Of a stretch of 64,000 bases of DNA, positions 27,851 to 42,297 are shown piece by piece. Source of the stretch: the human T2T-CHM13v2.0 reference genome, Homo sapiens. The stretch lies in assembly GCF_009914755.1 (NCBI RefSeq), contig NC_060930.1; one strand, given 5' to 3'. Below the pieces are notes generated by a model. That model was not told the DNA's origin. It worked only from the letters and a program-made list of their open reading frames with translations, and did not search any database. Each line of letters starts with the position of its first letter. The stretch's first letter is position 1. Both the position numbers and the translations under genes were made by a program.

Positions 27851-28683
27851 CTTAGTACAGGAACCTTTTATAAAACAGGAATTTTTTCATAGTGTGTCTT
27901 TGAAATTTATTCCCTCATCTCAAAATCATATAGTAAGTCAGTAACAAGCCTGTGCTGAGTAAAGCACAATGGATATGGTAACAAATAGAGTATGCTCCCT
28001 GGCCTCAAGAAGTTCCAGAGTCACATGGAGGTGAGACATATGTAACTAACTACAATGACATATATAAACCCACCATCCATTGTGCCTAGCACATAATACC
28101 TATTCAAAATGCTTTTAAAGAAAAACATCTAACATGACATTTCTAAAAGTGGCATTAGTATATAGTGTGATAGTTTTATGCTCTGTTAAATAAAAGAGAA
28201 AAATAAAATCCCCCACGAATTTGGTAATTTAGAAATAAGACTCAATATCACTTCATATCTAACTTTAGTATTTAAGGTTATCTCAATTGTTTATTTGAAT
28301 ATGTATTTTTAAAAAATTGTTGAAATTATATAAAAACTTAAGCAAATACTCTAATCATCATGAGTATGCATGCGTGTGTATATATGTATATATAAGCTAG
28401 TAAATATATATAAAAACTATGCTACTATTCATTTATTTATTTAACTAAAATTTCAGTGCTGGCAATAAGTATGAATGGGGCTGAATATCAACAGACTATC
28501 AGAAAATGGTAAGTGACTCTATCATTTACTGTAAACTACCTTGGCACAGGCATTTCTTAAATTTCCACAACAATCCAGTGACAGTATCTCTATTTACAAG
28601 TGAATAGAATAACAACAGCTTGTCTAGGGCAGAAGATCTGTGTTGGAGAGTAATTGTAGCCAGAATTACAAGGTCGTTCAGAT

Positions 28684-29908
28684 TGTAGAGGCCTTAAATC
28701 CAAGGACAAGGTGTTTACCTGACATTCTACAGAGATGAGATGAACTCCGTATAAAAAATGTATGTAGTATGTAAAGTGAAAGAAAGATTAATATAGTTTT
28801 GAAGAACAGACTATAGGGAGCTGGCACAGAGTATGTACTCAGTAATGTCTGATGAATAAATTTTAATAAGCCTCAGTATTTCTCTGTGTAAAGTTAAGTG
28901 ACTTTATATATGGATGGGACTTGTGACCTTTCAGCATTAGGATTATTTAGTCAGTCTCATTATGCATCGATAAGCAAATGTGCCTCATAACATGTTTGCA
29001 TTGAAATTATAACTTAATATAATAATTTCTCCAGTTCTCCTAAACTAATAGTCAGAATTGATACTCATGATATCAAAGATATTAATAGAGGCAACATTCT
29101 TAATCTAGCACGACTCTAATGTTGATTAGTGCAACTGTACAGTCTTGCAATGATTTGGGGAATTTAAAGACTTAAAAATTCATTACCTAAAGAACACAGC
29201 ACATATTCATTTTATAAACCAATTTCACACTTGATTTCCACAGATAGCCAAATTTAATTTCACATTCAACAATAATTTAAGAGTTTGTTTCCTTAACAGG
29301 AAAATTTATTTTAATAGGGAACTATTCCAATAGATTAGAATATGAGCAAGTTAGTTCAACAATGGCTATACTTCACCATATGGGTGAAAAATGTCAGGAT
29401 ATATGTTTTATTATTTAAATACCATTTACATCACTAAATGGAATTATGCTTATAGCTAGCTGACATTCCTGAAAATCACACATTTAATAAGTACTTTATA
29501 AATATTTGATAAATTTATGGGCCCTAATTTATTTTTAATTTCTCAGGGCTTGATCAAATAGTTTTAGTGATGCTATTTTACAGTCCCTAAGAAAAAGAGT
29601 TACTTGAAGAAAAAAGCAGTATTTTACTGACTTTGTGTCTTCTGTATAATATTGCCAACTTGTGTTTATTTTACCAATTACAAAAAGCTATTAAGGACAT
29701 AAGTTTACTGAGATATAGTTTTCCTTGACATGCATTCATGCGTTTTAAGATATCACTTCATATTTAACTTTAGCATTTAAGTCTGTTCTTCAAAACTACG
29801 TTAATCTTTCTTTCACCTTACATACTACATACATTTTTTATACAGAGTTCATCCCATCTCTGTAGAATGTTATGCAAACACCTTGTCCTTGGATTTAAGG
29901 CCTCTACA
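28684..29908. repeat. 129-bp inverted repeat pair (28684-28812 / 29780-29908), ~94% identical
   Basis: Hand alignment: 8 mismatches in 129 bp, no gaps. Confidence 0.95.
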
Positions 29909-30109
29909 TTTGAAATATAGTCTTCCTTGACATGCATTTCATGACGTGCATGAAAGAACCATGCCTTTTACTGTAAGTCAGAAAAATTATGGCTACCATT
30001 TTGGAAAATGTTTTTAATAGAGGCCTGAGAAGAGGGCAAATGCTATATATTAATATAGGGAAATGTATTCACCTTTAACTTACTACATTTTATATAAAAG
30101 AAATCTAAG

Positions 30110-30310
30110 CTATAATGAAAAGTCTAGGTTTAGAGTTAAATAGATCTGAGTTTGAATACTAGTTTCAAAAATTATAATGTAGTGACCTTGGGTCAGTTAC
30201 ATATCACTCTCTGGATAATATCTCCATAGCAGCAGTATTGAGAGAATAAGATAATGTACGTGAAGCACTGAGCAGAGTCTCTGGTATACAGCAGGTCCTC
30301 AGTTCACTGC
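30110..30310 (+). mobile_element. MIR fragment
   Basis: gatctgagtttgaatactag...gtgaccttgggtcagttac...gataatgtacgtgaagcact. Confidence 0.65.
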
Positions 30311-31249
30311 CACTATCATTTTATATTAAGAGACTTTGTTCTGTACATTAGACACTGTTAACCCAACACGTAGTTATTTAAGCCACACAATTACAGTAGC
30401 CAGTAAGACTGAAATTGAGCTATCATAATATTTCCTTTGGATTCAAATTTTATTTCTCAGTTTTCAAAAATGTTCTTGTAATTTTGCTAATAGAAAATGA
30501 GGCCTTTCATGCTTTTCTCTCTAACCGTTATCTTCTAAAACTTATCCATTCTTTGAATGACTGTCCCAATTCTGGCAGTGAATACTCTCCAACACAGATC
30601 TTCTGCACTAGACAAGCTGTTACTCTAACTCACTTCACCTAAAAGTCCCAATTTTCTCATAAAATAAAGATACTCTCACTGGATCAAATTTTACCACATT
30701 CATGAACCAAGACTTTCCTGATAGCCTGGGAGAAACCTATTTTCTCCTTCTGCTGAATCCTTCTACAGAACTGTCTTTCCAACATTATTGCACTGTGTTT
30801 TCATGTCTTTTTCTCCCCTTTTGGAATATACACTTCTTAATAGAGAAAATGAAATAGTAAGTGTGTTTTTCATTCTCTAAAAAGACTTATCAATAATATG
30901 AATGGAATGTTAAATGAAATTTGTATAAGCTCTTTAAGAAGTACCTAATATAGGACTTTGTACAAAATAAGTAGTATTTGATTACAAATATTTCAAAGTA
31001 TTCATTTACTTAATATTTATATCCTACCTACTTTCAAGTATTGTTTGAGTCAACTTTAAAGGTATGAAAGAATACTGAACTAGCAAAGTGTTGAATACCA
31101 AAGCAATAATTTAAAATGTCACAAAAACAGTCAAACCTGATTTTAATGTTCTATACATATACTCTAAATTTTAAGAATGTTTATTTTCTTTACCAGTTAA
31201 GATGTTACCTAGGCTTCCAGGGTCTGCTATGTAAATCTTAACACAAAAG

Positions 31250-31284
<35 letters not shown>
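31250..31284. repeat. (CA)n microsatellite
   Basis: About 17 CA units. Confidence 0.97.
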
Positions 31285-31287
<3 letters not shown>

Positions 31288-31730
31288 CAAATGATCATAA
31301 TCTAGCTCAATCACATTGTGTATAACAAAGTTAATCAACTGACCTAATAGAGCTAAAAGAGTTTTATAAATTTCATTAAACCTTTAGTAAAAATTTCATT
31401 TAAAACTTTGCAAAAGTGCCATACAAATATTAATTATTATTGCTATTTCTGTTTCCATATTTTCTATAGTCTTTGTTAGATTTCTGGTCTCTAGGAAAGC
31501 CTCATAGTTTAAAAGTATGGTCTTTTAACAATAGATTTTTATCAGTTATCATTCTATAATCCTCTGAATTAATCAACAATAATGCCATTCACCCTGTTTT
31601 GTCTTATAACTTATATGGCATAGGCTGTAATCCTAAACACTACAAAACAGCAACCAACTCAATCTTCATCTTTCTTGGTCATTCTTAAGGCTGATGATTC
31701 TATTCCAAACTTTTACTCATTAGATCTTAC

Positions 31731-31955
31731 CTCTGCATTTAGGTTATCTGCAAGGCTTTCCAGAAACTGACTCTCAATTGGGTTTCGTTGAGTGAGCAAA
31801 GTGAGGTAATGGCTGAGTTTATCATGCGTTGTTATAATTATTCCTTCCCCAAATTTGTCAAATTGTGGTCGTCCAGCTCGACCAAATATCTGCATGACAT
31901 CTAAAATTCCAAGGTCAACAAAGGAGCCTCTTTTTGCAGCATATATTTGTGTTCC
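31731..31955 (-). CDS. ASCC3: ASCC3 coding exon (225 nt): helicase motif VI
   Basis: ctag|GGA ACA...GCA GAG|gtaag; [38 protein letters not shown]...LADNLNAE. Confidence 0.97.
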
Positions 31956-32269
31956 CTAGATGAGGAAAAGTTAACAAAAATTTACATAAACACACACAAA
32001 TATAATCCTGATGAACTGAATACTGAAATTAGGCAAATATGGCAAGATCTCAAAAGTGTACTTTAACTAATCCTTTCATCATCTGTGATAGAGTAAAATT
32101 TTCACAATATAAACTAGATTCTTATTGGAGAAAATAATTCTGACCTTTTATAAATAACATTCAAAGTCAAGGAAACAGCCAAATCACAATATTTTTCTAT
32201 GTAAGTCAACCCAGAGCCTTGCTTTAAGACACACACAAAATCCATTTATCAAGGAAGGTAAGCTCTTAC

Positions 32270-32461
32270 CTTAATAATAACAGCATGGGCGGGAAGATTG
32301 ACACCCCAGGCTAACGTAGCTGTACACACTAGGACTTTGATATGCCCATTAGAAAACAAGTTTTCAACTAAATTTCTGTCCTGCCGAAGCATTCCTGCAT
32401 GATGAATACTAAAACCATCTGGGAATAATTCTCGTACTTGCTTATTTCTCGACCTTTGTAC
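32270..32461 (-). CDS. ASCC3: ASCC3 coding exon (192 nt): helicase motifs IVa/V
   Basis: ctag|GTA CAA...ATT AAG|gtaag; [64 protein letters not shown]. Confidence 0.97.
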
Positions 32462-33154
32462 CTAGATACCAAGAAAGCGTAAGAGTATTATTTAGCATTT
32501 AAAAGCAATTGTTTTTAGCATTTCTGTTGTATGAGTTCATCAAAGAAATCAGAAAATTATTTTTAAGCATCTTAAGGTATTACTAGGTCTTAGTATATAA
32601 TGCTTTATATAAAATCATAAAAAATAATGTTACCTATCTTAAAAAATAGGTAATACCAAAATATATCACAAAATTCAAAAGGAAAGAGGTGAAAAGCAAG
32701 TGTCTCTTTCATCCAGATGTCCCTTTTTGCAATCAATCAGTATTACCTGTTTCTTAGCCTTCAAAATATACACTATTCAAAATAAAACTAAATCTCAGTG
32801 GCTTCTCAACTCCTTAAGAGTAAAGGCCAGAGTCATTACAATGCAAGACTATGGAAATCAATCTCATCCCCTTACCTCATCCACACTAGCCACAATGGCT
32901 GGCTTTTCTGAGTATATTTTCCAACAAGTCCATATCTGCTTCAGAGCCTTTACACTTTTACTTCAGACCCACTGCCTTTGAGGACTTCTCCCTTCTTATT
33001 GAGATCCCCATGATGCTTCCCCTATGATATTCCTCATTGCGATAAGTCAATAAACCCAGCTTTGTTCACCTACAGCTGTGTTCTTGGTGATCTTTGATAG
33101 CAAAGCATTGACCATCTGTTTTAGCTCCTCAACTATAGATGTGCATTGAGTATA

Positions 33155-33867
33155 GAGGAGTCCTTCCTTATCTGTAGTTTTGCTTTCTGTGGTTTCCATT
33201 ACCTGAGGTCAACTGTGGTCCAAAAATATTAAGTAGAATATTCCAGAAATAAACAAATCATGTTTTAAGTTACATGCTCTTCTGAGTAGCATGATGAAAT
33301 CTCACACTGTCCTATTCCATCCAGCCCAGAAAATGAATCGTCCCTTTGTCCAGCATATATAAGCTGTAGACATTTCTCACCCATTAGTCACTTAGTAGTA
33401 GGCTTGGTTATCAGATTGACTGTTTAAGTATCACAGTGTTTGCAAGTCACCCTTATTTTACTTAATAATGGCCCTGAAGCACAACATTAGTGATGCTGGC
33501 AACTTGAATTTGCCAGAGAGAAGCCATAAAGTGTTTCCTTTATGTGAAAAGGTGAAAGTTTTCAACTTAAGGGAATAAAAACGAAATTGTATGCTGAGGT
33601 TGCTAAAATCGATGGTAAGAGCAACAAATCTTCTAGTTGTGAAATTACAAAGAAGAAAACAGAAATTTGTGTTAGTTTTGCTGTTGCACCTCAAATTGCA
33701 AGTTACAGCTACAGTGTGATACATAGTTAAGATGAAAAAGGCTTTAAATTTGTGGGTGGAAGACACGAAAACAAAAACGCACTTAATTGACACCAATCAA
33801 GTTAGTTCACTAGTATCTGTGGTTTCATATCTTGGAAATATACCCCATGGATAAGGGGGGACTACTG
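33155..33867 (+). mobile_element. Intact MER44 (MER44B-size) element
   Basis: TA flanks; TIRs gaggagtccttccttatct / ggataagggggggactactg-like; 713 bp. Confidence 0.88.
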
Positions 33868-34375
33868 TAATAATGTTACTTCTGGTTCTGTTCTTTGGCC
33901 TAATCTGAGCCCAGAGGTGAGATTTAGTATACTTATATGTCACCTGTGTAAGTGCTGTAGCAGAAGGTCTTAAAAGACTCACTGAAGATTCACTATACAA
34001 TAGGCAGAATTTTTAAGAAAAATTAAAGACCTTAGATTAACATTTAAAGAAATGTTTATATAGTTAAAGCTTCTGTTTGGCCATCACATCATGTGTTTAT
34101 TTGCTATTGGTCTCAAAATCTCATTATCAATTCATGAGCTTCTTTTTGAACAGTTTTTTCCCTACACTTTTTACTTAAGGGCTGGATAATGGCAGGGAGT
34201 AAGATTTCAGGGGACTGGGGTTCCATTCTAGACTTTGCCATACTGATTATCTCTCAGGTCACTTAAAATTTTAAACTTCTAAGTTAATAATATTTAACTA
34301 ATAAAATTATCTAAGAAAATAGTATTCCATGAAATCTGCTTCAATTATAAAACCAAAAGTAATGCATTAACAAAC

Positions 34376-34394
34376 CACACCATCTAGTGGCCAA
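34376..34394 (-). promoter_or_regulatory. CTCF-like motif
   Basis: Minus strand TTGGCCACTAGATGGTGTG matches core CCASYAGRKGG. Confidence 0.5.
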
Positions 34395-35086
34395 CCAAGT
34401 AAATAACAACTTACACATTTTGAGCCTCTTAAGGGTCCAAAACAAAATACATATATAAACATAACAAAAGAGGAGAGCTTCTTAAAGTTTCAAGGGGGGT
34501 GTATTCTTACTTTATTCTTATGCAGTGCAGTCAGCCTGTTAGAAATTATTTTATACATATACTTTAGGACTAATTACACTTGGATCTCATTGCCTCAGCT
34601 TTCATCTTTTCAGACAAGCAATATTGTTACTGTAATCTTAAAGCAGCTCTTATGAATATGGAAAAAAGTCCAATTGTGGTGTATTTGCTAAGAGCTCCTT
34701 CAGAGGCTAAAGGTAGGGAGAGGAGAAACATTTCACTTACTTCATTTCTTTTCTAATATTCAAGAGTGGATATTCAAAGCCAACAGAGGAAACTAAAACT
34801 ATTGGTTGAAGGTGATATTCAAATCATATTGCTGGATTGCTGTTTGGTTTTAGGTTAAGTCTGCTTTCTGTGGGCTCCCTGCATTGAAATGTTCTGCTGT
34901 CCTTCTTACAAATAGATTCCTTAGTCAAACCCCATTTGAGGGAAGACATGGCTAGGACTGCTGTGGCACCAATGACACAGTAAGAAGTTAAACAAGGGAA
35001 GTATGTATCTGTGATAGAGATGTTTCTTATAAAGTAGCAGGTGGATCTTGGAGTACTGACATAGTACCTCCCACTTGATCACATGG

Positions 35087-35144
35087 GTTTCACATTCAAC
35101 CAGCATCAGTGGCCAGTTTCACATTCAACCAGCGTCAGTGGCCA
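35087..35144. repeat. 29-bp tandem duplication
   Basis: gtttcacattcaaccagc(a/g)tcagtggcca twice. Confidence 0.95.
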
Positions 35145-35367
35145 CCAACTTGGTATATCTCTCTGGTCTCTGTGAGGAACTAGGAGGAGGTAGGAGTCAC
35201 TTCTATTTCTATTCTTGCATACTCTGTGCATTTTTTTTATTGGTTCATTACAGACTTGAAGTGACAACAATCAAAGTAAGTCTGGGTTTTTTATTCTTAA
35301 CTATCTTTGAATCTGAATTTTCCATCTGTGGTCTGCCTTAGCTCACAACAAAAATGAACTGGAATCT

Positions 35368-36540
<1,173 letters not shown>

Positions 36541-37947
36541 ATCTAATCAGCTCCTCAAGTGATTCTACTGCACACAAAAGTATAAGGAGCGAGTTTTTTA
36601 CAGAAGGATATTTGCAATGATGTTTTTATCCACCTGTGTTATAATACAGCTGTACAATTTGACCTCATGAGACTATTTAGTGCTAAGCAACCTCGTATTT
36701 GTTATTGTACTAAATTATTTACATTCCTAAGAAGAGTACCTCCTAACAAATTTATGAAACATGATAGTCACTAACAGACAAAAAAAAAGCACTGTAAAGA
36801 ATCAAAGAGAAGATCAATAAGAAACATGTATTTATCATATATTAGATCCTAGGAATTCAAAGAAATTTAAGACAAAATCTGAGCTTTGGATAATTTGCAG
36901 ACTGGTAAGGAAGACAGACTCATATACAAGTGATTTCTATTAAATATAATGTGTTTATGATAGAGGTACAGGGACCAAGATGAAACTTTGTTATTTATGA
37001 CATGATATTGTCATTTATGACAAAATTATGTCTTATTTACATTTGTATCGCTAACATTTGGCAGGGTGCCTTCTTCATACTGATACTACACATTCCCTGA
37101 ATGAATGAATCAGTGATCTGATAGTTTGATCAAAGAAGTCTTTACAGAAAATGTGAAACGTGAGTCTTGAAGGACAAGGGATAAACTGCTAAATGGGGAA
37201 AGGTAGGCAGCAGGATATATAAGTACCTAAGCTGGGAATTATTAAAGAGCACACACAGTGTGTTTGGAGGGCATTCTGTTCAGAGGGTGTGGGGCAAAAA
37301 TTAAGAAAATTAAGCTAGAAAAAAGGATTGGGGTCAGGCTTTACATTGTCTTGAACATAGGTGGAAAAGGAGCCAATTCAAGTTTTTAAGCAGTATCAGA
37401 TTTGTTCTTTAGAGAGGTAACTTCACAGTTGTGCTAAGACCAGAGCAGGTATCGGCCACTACAGCAATCTGCAGAAGATGGAGGCAGGGGAAACAGAAAT
37501 AACCAAACAAAGTCAAGGTTAAAGTTGGCTAGAAAGTAACCAAGACTGGATGACTGTCTAGAAAGGGGGATGAACATGACATAAAAGAAAAGGAGTTAGA
37601 ATTGTTTCAAGCTAATCCTTATCTTGGTGCACTGAATATACGATAAGGTAAACAGAATGAGGAGAGTCAATGATTGCCTTTAACTTAGGTACTAAGAAGG
37701 TCAGGAGTAAATTATGTTTTGCGCATGAGTTTGAAGTGATCCATGGATAAAGACTTGGGCTTTTCTTCTAAATAAATGGAAAGCCACTGAAGATTTCTGA
37801 GAAGGAGAGAAATAAGGGAGACCAGTTAGGTAATCATTGGTAGAACCAATGATTTAAAGATTGTGAAATTGAGAAAAAAAATTAACACTCTTACCTTAAA
37901 AGAAAAAAATCAAACAAAAATAGACAGTGGCCATTACTGACTAGAGA

Positions 37948-38130
37948 AGGAGCTGGCAAAATATGTGCCAACTACCTGTTTTTGTACATAAAACTTATTG
38001 GAAAACAGCCATATCAATTTGTTACAGATTGTCTAAGGCTGCTTGAGCTACAACAGGAGGGCTGAATGAATAGTTGTGGGAGAGATCATATGTCTACAAG
38101 CTTAAAATGTTTACTACCTGGTCTTTAAGT
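37948..38130 (+). mobile_element. MER58-like hAT MITE
   Basis: cctgtttttgtacataaaacttattggaaaacagcc...aaaatgtttactacctggtcttta. Confidence 0.65.
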
Positions 38131-38189
38131 AAAATAATCTGTATAGCTGTACACAAGTACAACAGCACAAGCACAAGACCCAATATCAG

Positions 38190-41050
38190 CAAAACGAAAA
38201 TATCACAATTTGAAAGAATATGAAAGAAATATACTACAGTTTAAAAGAATCAGAAAAGAGCACTTTGTAAAATTCAGTGCATTTCACTTAAACTGTTTGG
38301 AATGGATGATTTTCTAGGAAAATATTGTTACTAATATTTAACCTAGAAGTGACAGAAAACTCTAAAATGATAAAAATAATGAAAGAAAATTTAAGAGTTA
38401 AATTTAACAGCTGGGCTTTCAAATTTTTAAAGATGAATTAATTCTAATGCTATTAAGAGACTCTAGAGGACAGAAACAGAACACTTAAACTGATTCTACA
38501 AGCGAATATAATGGCACTGATATTAAAACCTGACAAAGCAGAAAAGTGAATACAATAACAATATCTCTCTTACAAATATTACTCTAAATAGTAAAGAACT
38601 TTAGAAAACAGAATTCATCAATGCATTAAAACAAAATGCCACAACTAAGTACTCTTCAACCCCAGAATGCAAGGGCATTGTACTTAATATGTTAACATAT
38701 TTAATAATTCAAAAAAGAAAGAACATTATGATCATGTGCAGACATTGAATTTTGACAAAAGGCTACATTCAGTCCTGATGATTAGAGATGACAATATACA
38801 TCTGAAACTATGCTTAATAGTAAACATACAGAGTATACTAATTAAAATTAGGGAGTAGGCAAGGTTGTTTGGTATCAGTCTATTGATGTTCTAGACAATA
38901 CTAGACATGAGAAAAAACGAATATAAATACTGAAAAGGTATAATTATAAATTAATTATTTGTTGTAGATAAAGTGTTTATTTAGAAAACTGAGTACTGAC
39001 TAAAATATACTAAATAAAATAAAAGAATTTGGAAAGATGATAGTCTCAAAAATTTAATATTTTTATAAAAGTATTTCTTTTATGAAAACATTTTTCTTTT
39101 CCTTAATATTATGTAAAATATTTTTTATATTACATATTTTCTAAAAATGTAAAGAAATATATTTTTCTTTTCTTTCATTTTAATATAAAGTATTAATCTT
39201 TACTATAAAAATATATTTTATAAAAGTTTTATAAAAAGACATATATACACTATATATATATACACAGACAATAACTCATAAAATAAGTGGAAAAAATCAC
39301 TTTTATAACAGCAAAAACAGAAATAATAAGAGATAGCCAGGATCCATATAAAGTTTTATAATATTGCTGAAGAACATTCAAGAAATAATAGATTTAATTT
39401 TGAGACAGGAAAACTTGATTTGGCAAAAATACCATTTCTCATTAACTTAATGTGTAAAATCAATGCACTAACTTAACTAAAATATGAACATGATTTCCTG
39501 GAGGGAATACTAAAATTCATCCTGAAAAGTAAGACTGAAAATTTATCCAGGAGAAATTCTACAACTGAAGAATAATCAGGATGTTTAATCCAATCAGTTA
39601 TTGAGAATTCTATGAAAACAAAATAAGTAAAACAGTTTGATAAAAAAGAAGAAACAATAAGATCAATGACACAGAAGAGAAATTTCAGAAATGACTCAAG
39701 TAAATAAGAGAATATTGTATATTAAATTTTTTAATCAACAGAAAAAACAGTATTTAGAAAAAGATGATGTGCCCACCACTATCTGAAATAAGTTTCAGAA
39801 ACATCAAGTATTTAATAATAAAAATAAAATATAAGGCTTGAAGAAATCACAGATGAAGTAGGTGTATGGCTTTTATATGCAACACATAAAACCCAGAAAC
39901 CATAAATAAATTTACGGAATTTCTACATGGTAAAAAAAATCATAAACAAAAATAAACATCAAGGATTAAACAGAAAAAGTTTATGTAACCTATATGTACT
40001 AAACATGCAGTTTAGTACACAACGGGCCAAGATTATGAACAATTTAAAGAATAGGAAATACAAATAGCCAATGTAAAAAATGCTCAGTTTCACTCATAAT
40101 TAAAGAAATGCCAATCAAAATAATAATGAAGTACCATTTTTTGCCTGTTAATCTGTTATAAACTTAAAAACGTTAACACTACCCAGTGCTGGCAAAGTTA
40201 TGTGGGGGTAAAGCACAGTCTTCCCATGGTATCCATGGGGGATTGATTCAACAAACACCTTCTCTTCCCCTGTAGACACCACAAACCATGGATGCTTAAG
40301 TCCCTTATATAAAATGGTGTGATATTTGCATATAATTTACACTGTCTGCCTGTATACTTTAAATCATCTCTAGATTACTTATAATACCTAATACAATGTA
40401 AGTGTTATATAAGTAGTTATACTGTATTGTTTAGGGAATAATGACAAGGAAAATTCATCTGTGCATGTTCAGAACAGATACAACCATCTTCCCCCCCCCC
40501 AAATTCTTTTAATCTGCAGAAAAGTCATCTGTGCATGTTCAGAACAGATACAACCAACTTTTTTTCCCCCCCAAATTCTTTTAATCCGCAGTTGGCTGAA
40601 TTCATGGAACCCATGGACATGGAGGGCCATCTGTAACAACTGCTGGAGGAAGTATAAATTGGAACAATATCTCCAGTAGGCAGTTTAGGGCCACTCATCA
40701 AAATTTTAAATGCATGTAGTACATGACAGATAAATTTCACTGCTACGAATTTTTCTAATGTATATCATTGCAAGAGTAGGAGCGAAAATGTGTACTGCAG
40801 CATTGTTAACAATAAAAGGTAACTGGAAACAACAAAAGTATCCATCAATATAGGATTCCATATATGAATTACTGTAATATCCACATTGTGACATATTATA
40901 CAGTTGCAAAAAGAATGAAACCCATCTTTCTGAGTTGATTTGGAAAGACCTCCTTGTTATATTACTAAATGAAAAAGAAAAAGACAAAAAGGTGTATATA
41001 ACATGATGCAACTTTTTTGTATTAAAACATATACCCATGCACACAGGCAA
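38190..41050 (+). mobile_element. Highly degenerate L1ME-like fragments
   Basis: A-rich ORF2-like blocks (cccagaatgcaaggg; aaagaaatgccaatcaaaa; gcagcattgttaacaata). Confidence 0.65.
40216..40633 (+). mobile_element. MER2 element with internal 70-bp tandem duplication
   Basis: cagtcttcccatggtatccatgggg ... ggagggccatctg(ta); homologous to 59979-60303. Confidence 0.88.
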
Positions 41051-42297
41051 ACACACAATGGTTGTTGTACAAATCTTTCCTCAAAAGAAATGTAAGAAGC
41101 TTTTTAAAAGAAGTTTTATTTGGAGAAATGAAGGACAAAGAGATGGTTAAGACCATAAATTATGGAGCTAAACTTGTTTACTATAAGATGCCTGCTGCTT
41201 TCTAAAGCATCAGAAAAATCACTGCTTTTTCTACTCGGTTCTCCAAAGCTAGCACTACACGGAGCCCAGGTTTTGCTACTGTCTGAATAACTACAGAGAT
41301 ATACTTTATCTTGTTCACATTTTGTGAACAGACGATTTGGATTCTCCACAGAAGCCATTTGAGATCCAATACTATACTCACTGGATAAAGTGTTCTACAC
41401 ATGGAAATCCAGCACAAAAGAATACCAGCTGTGAAAAGGTAAAGGAAGTAAGGTATGTAGTTTCAGAACTGTCTAAGTTTGGTTTCCTCTGACTTAATCT
41501 TTCCAGTTTTCACAAGTGAACTTTCCACACAGGGCTTTATAGTCAGTAAAACTCAAACGGAATGGGCAACTGCTAAGATAATCCATCAGCACAATTAAGG
41601 CATTATATTCCTTTCCCCCAGTGAAAGCATGCAGAACTTCTTTCCACGACTTTACATAACGTTTTCCTACTCATGAGAGAAAAAACACAATGTCAATGCT
41701 TTTAAAAATAAGGTAAAAATGTGACTATTTCCCAACATTTACTTCTAAACTAACACAAATACATGATTAAATAACATGATTTTTAAAAAACTGGTAGCAA
41801 GCAACTGAGGGTATTACATCTGGTCCTTGCCTAGATTAGACTCATGCCACATAGTTGCCATCTGCCACTCCCTGTCACTATTTACATTTTAGTCATCTTG
41901 ATTTGTTTTTCTTATTTGCTTCAATGTGCATGTTTTTATGTCAGCCTTTTCTTTGAATTCTTGTCTGTTCTCTTTTGCTTTGTCAACTCCTAGCCTTCAG
42001 ATCAGCTTAAATGTCACTTTGTTGGTCAACACCATCCTCTAACACCATGGGTCTAGATCAGATTCTCTAACTCAATTTTTTCTTAGCACTTTATCCCTCT
42101 TTATTATTTATTTCAAATGTAATTAAAATCAATTATTTAATTAGTTGTTTAATCTTTCTGTCCTTCCAGAATATAAGCTCCATAAGCGTAAAGGGATGAC
42201 TACTTTTTCCTCCCTAAAAATATTTCCACTTCTAATTAAAGCAAATAATATTAGTCTACATATAATATCTGGTCTTACCTCCTTCTAGGAGTCTTAC

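Noticed and set aside
39050-39260. AT-rich quasi-palindromes
   Set aside because: Low-complexity sequence; symmetry is expected by chance.
41116-41417. 80-aa and 71-aa minus-strand ORFs as standalone microproteins
   Set aside because: They use non-ATG starts and have no recognisable homology; the splice signals in another frame are the better-supported signal and are reported as a finding.
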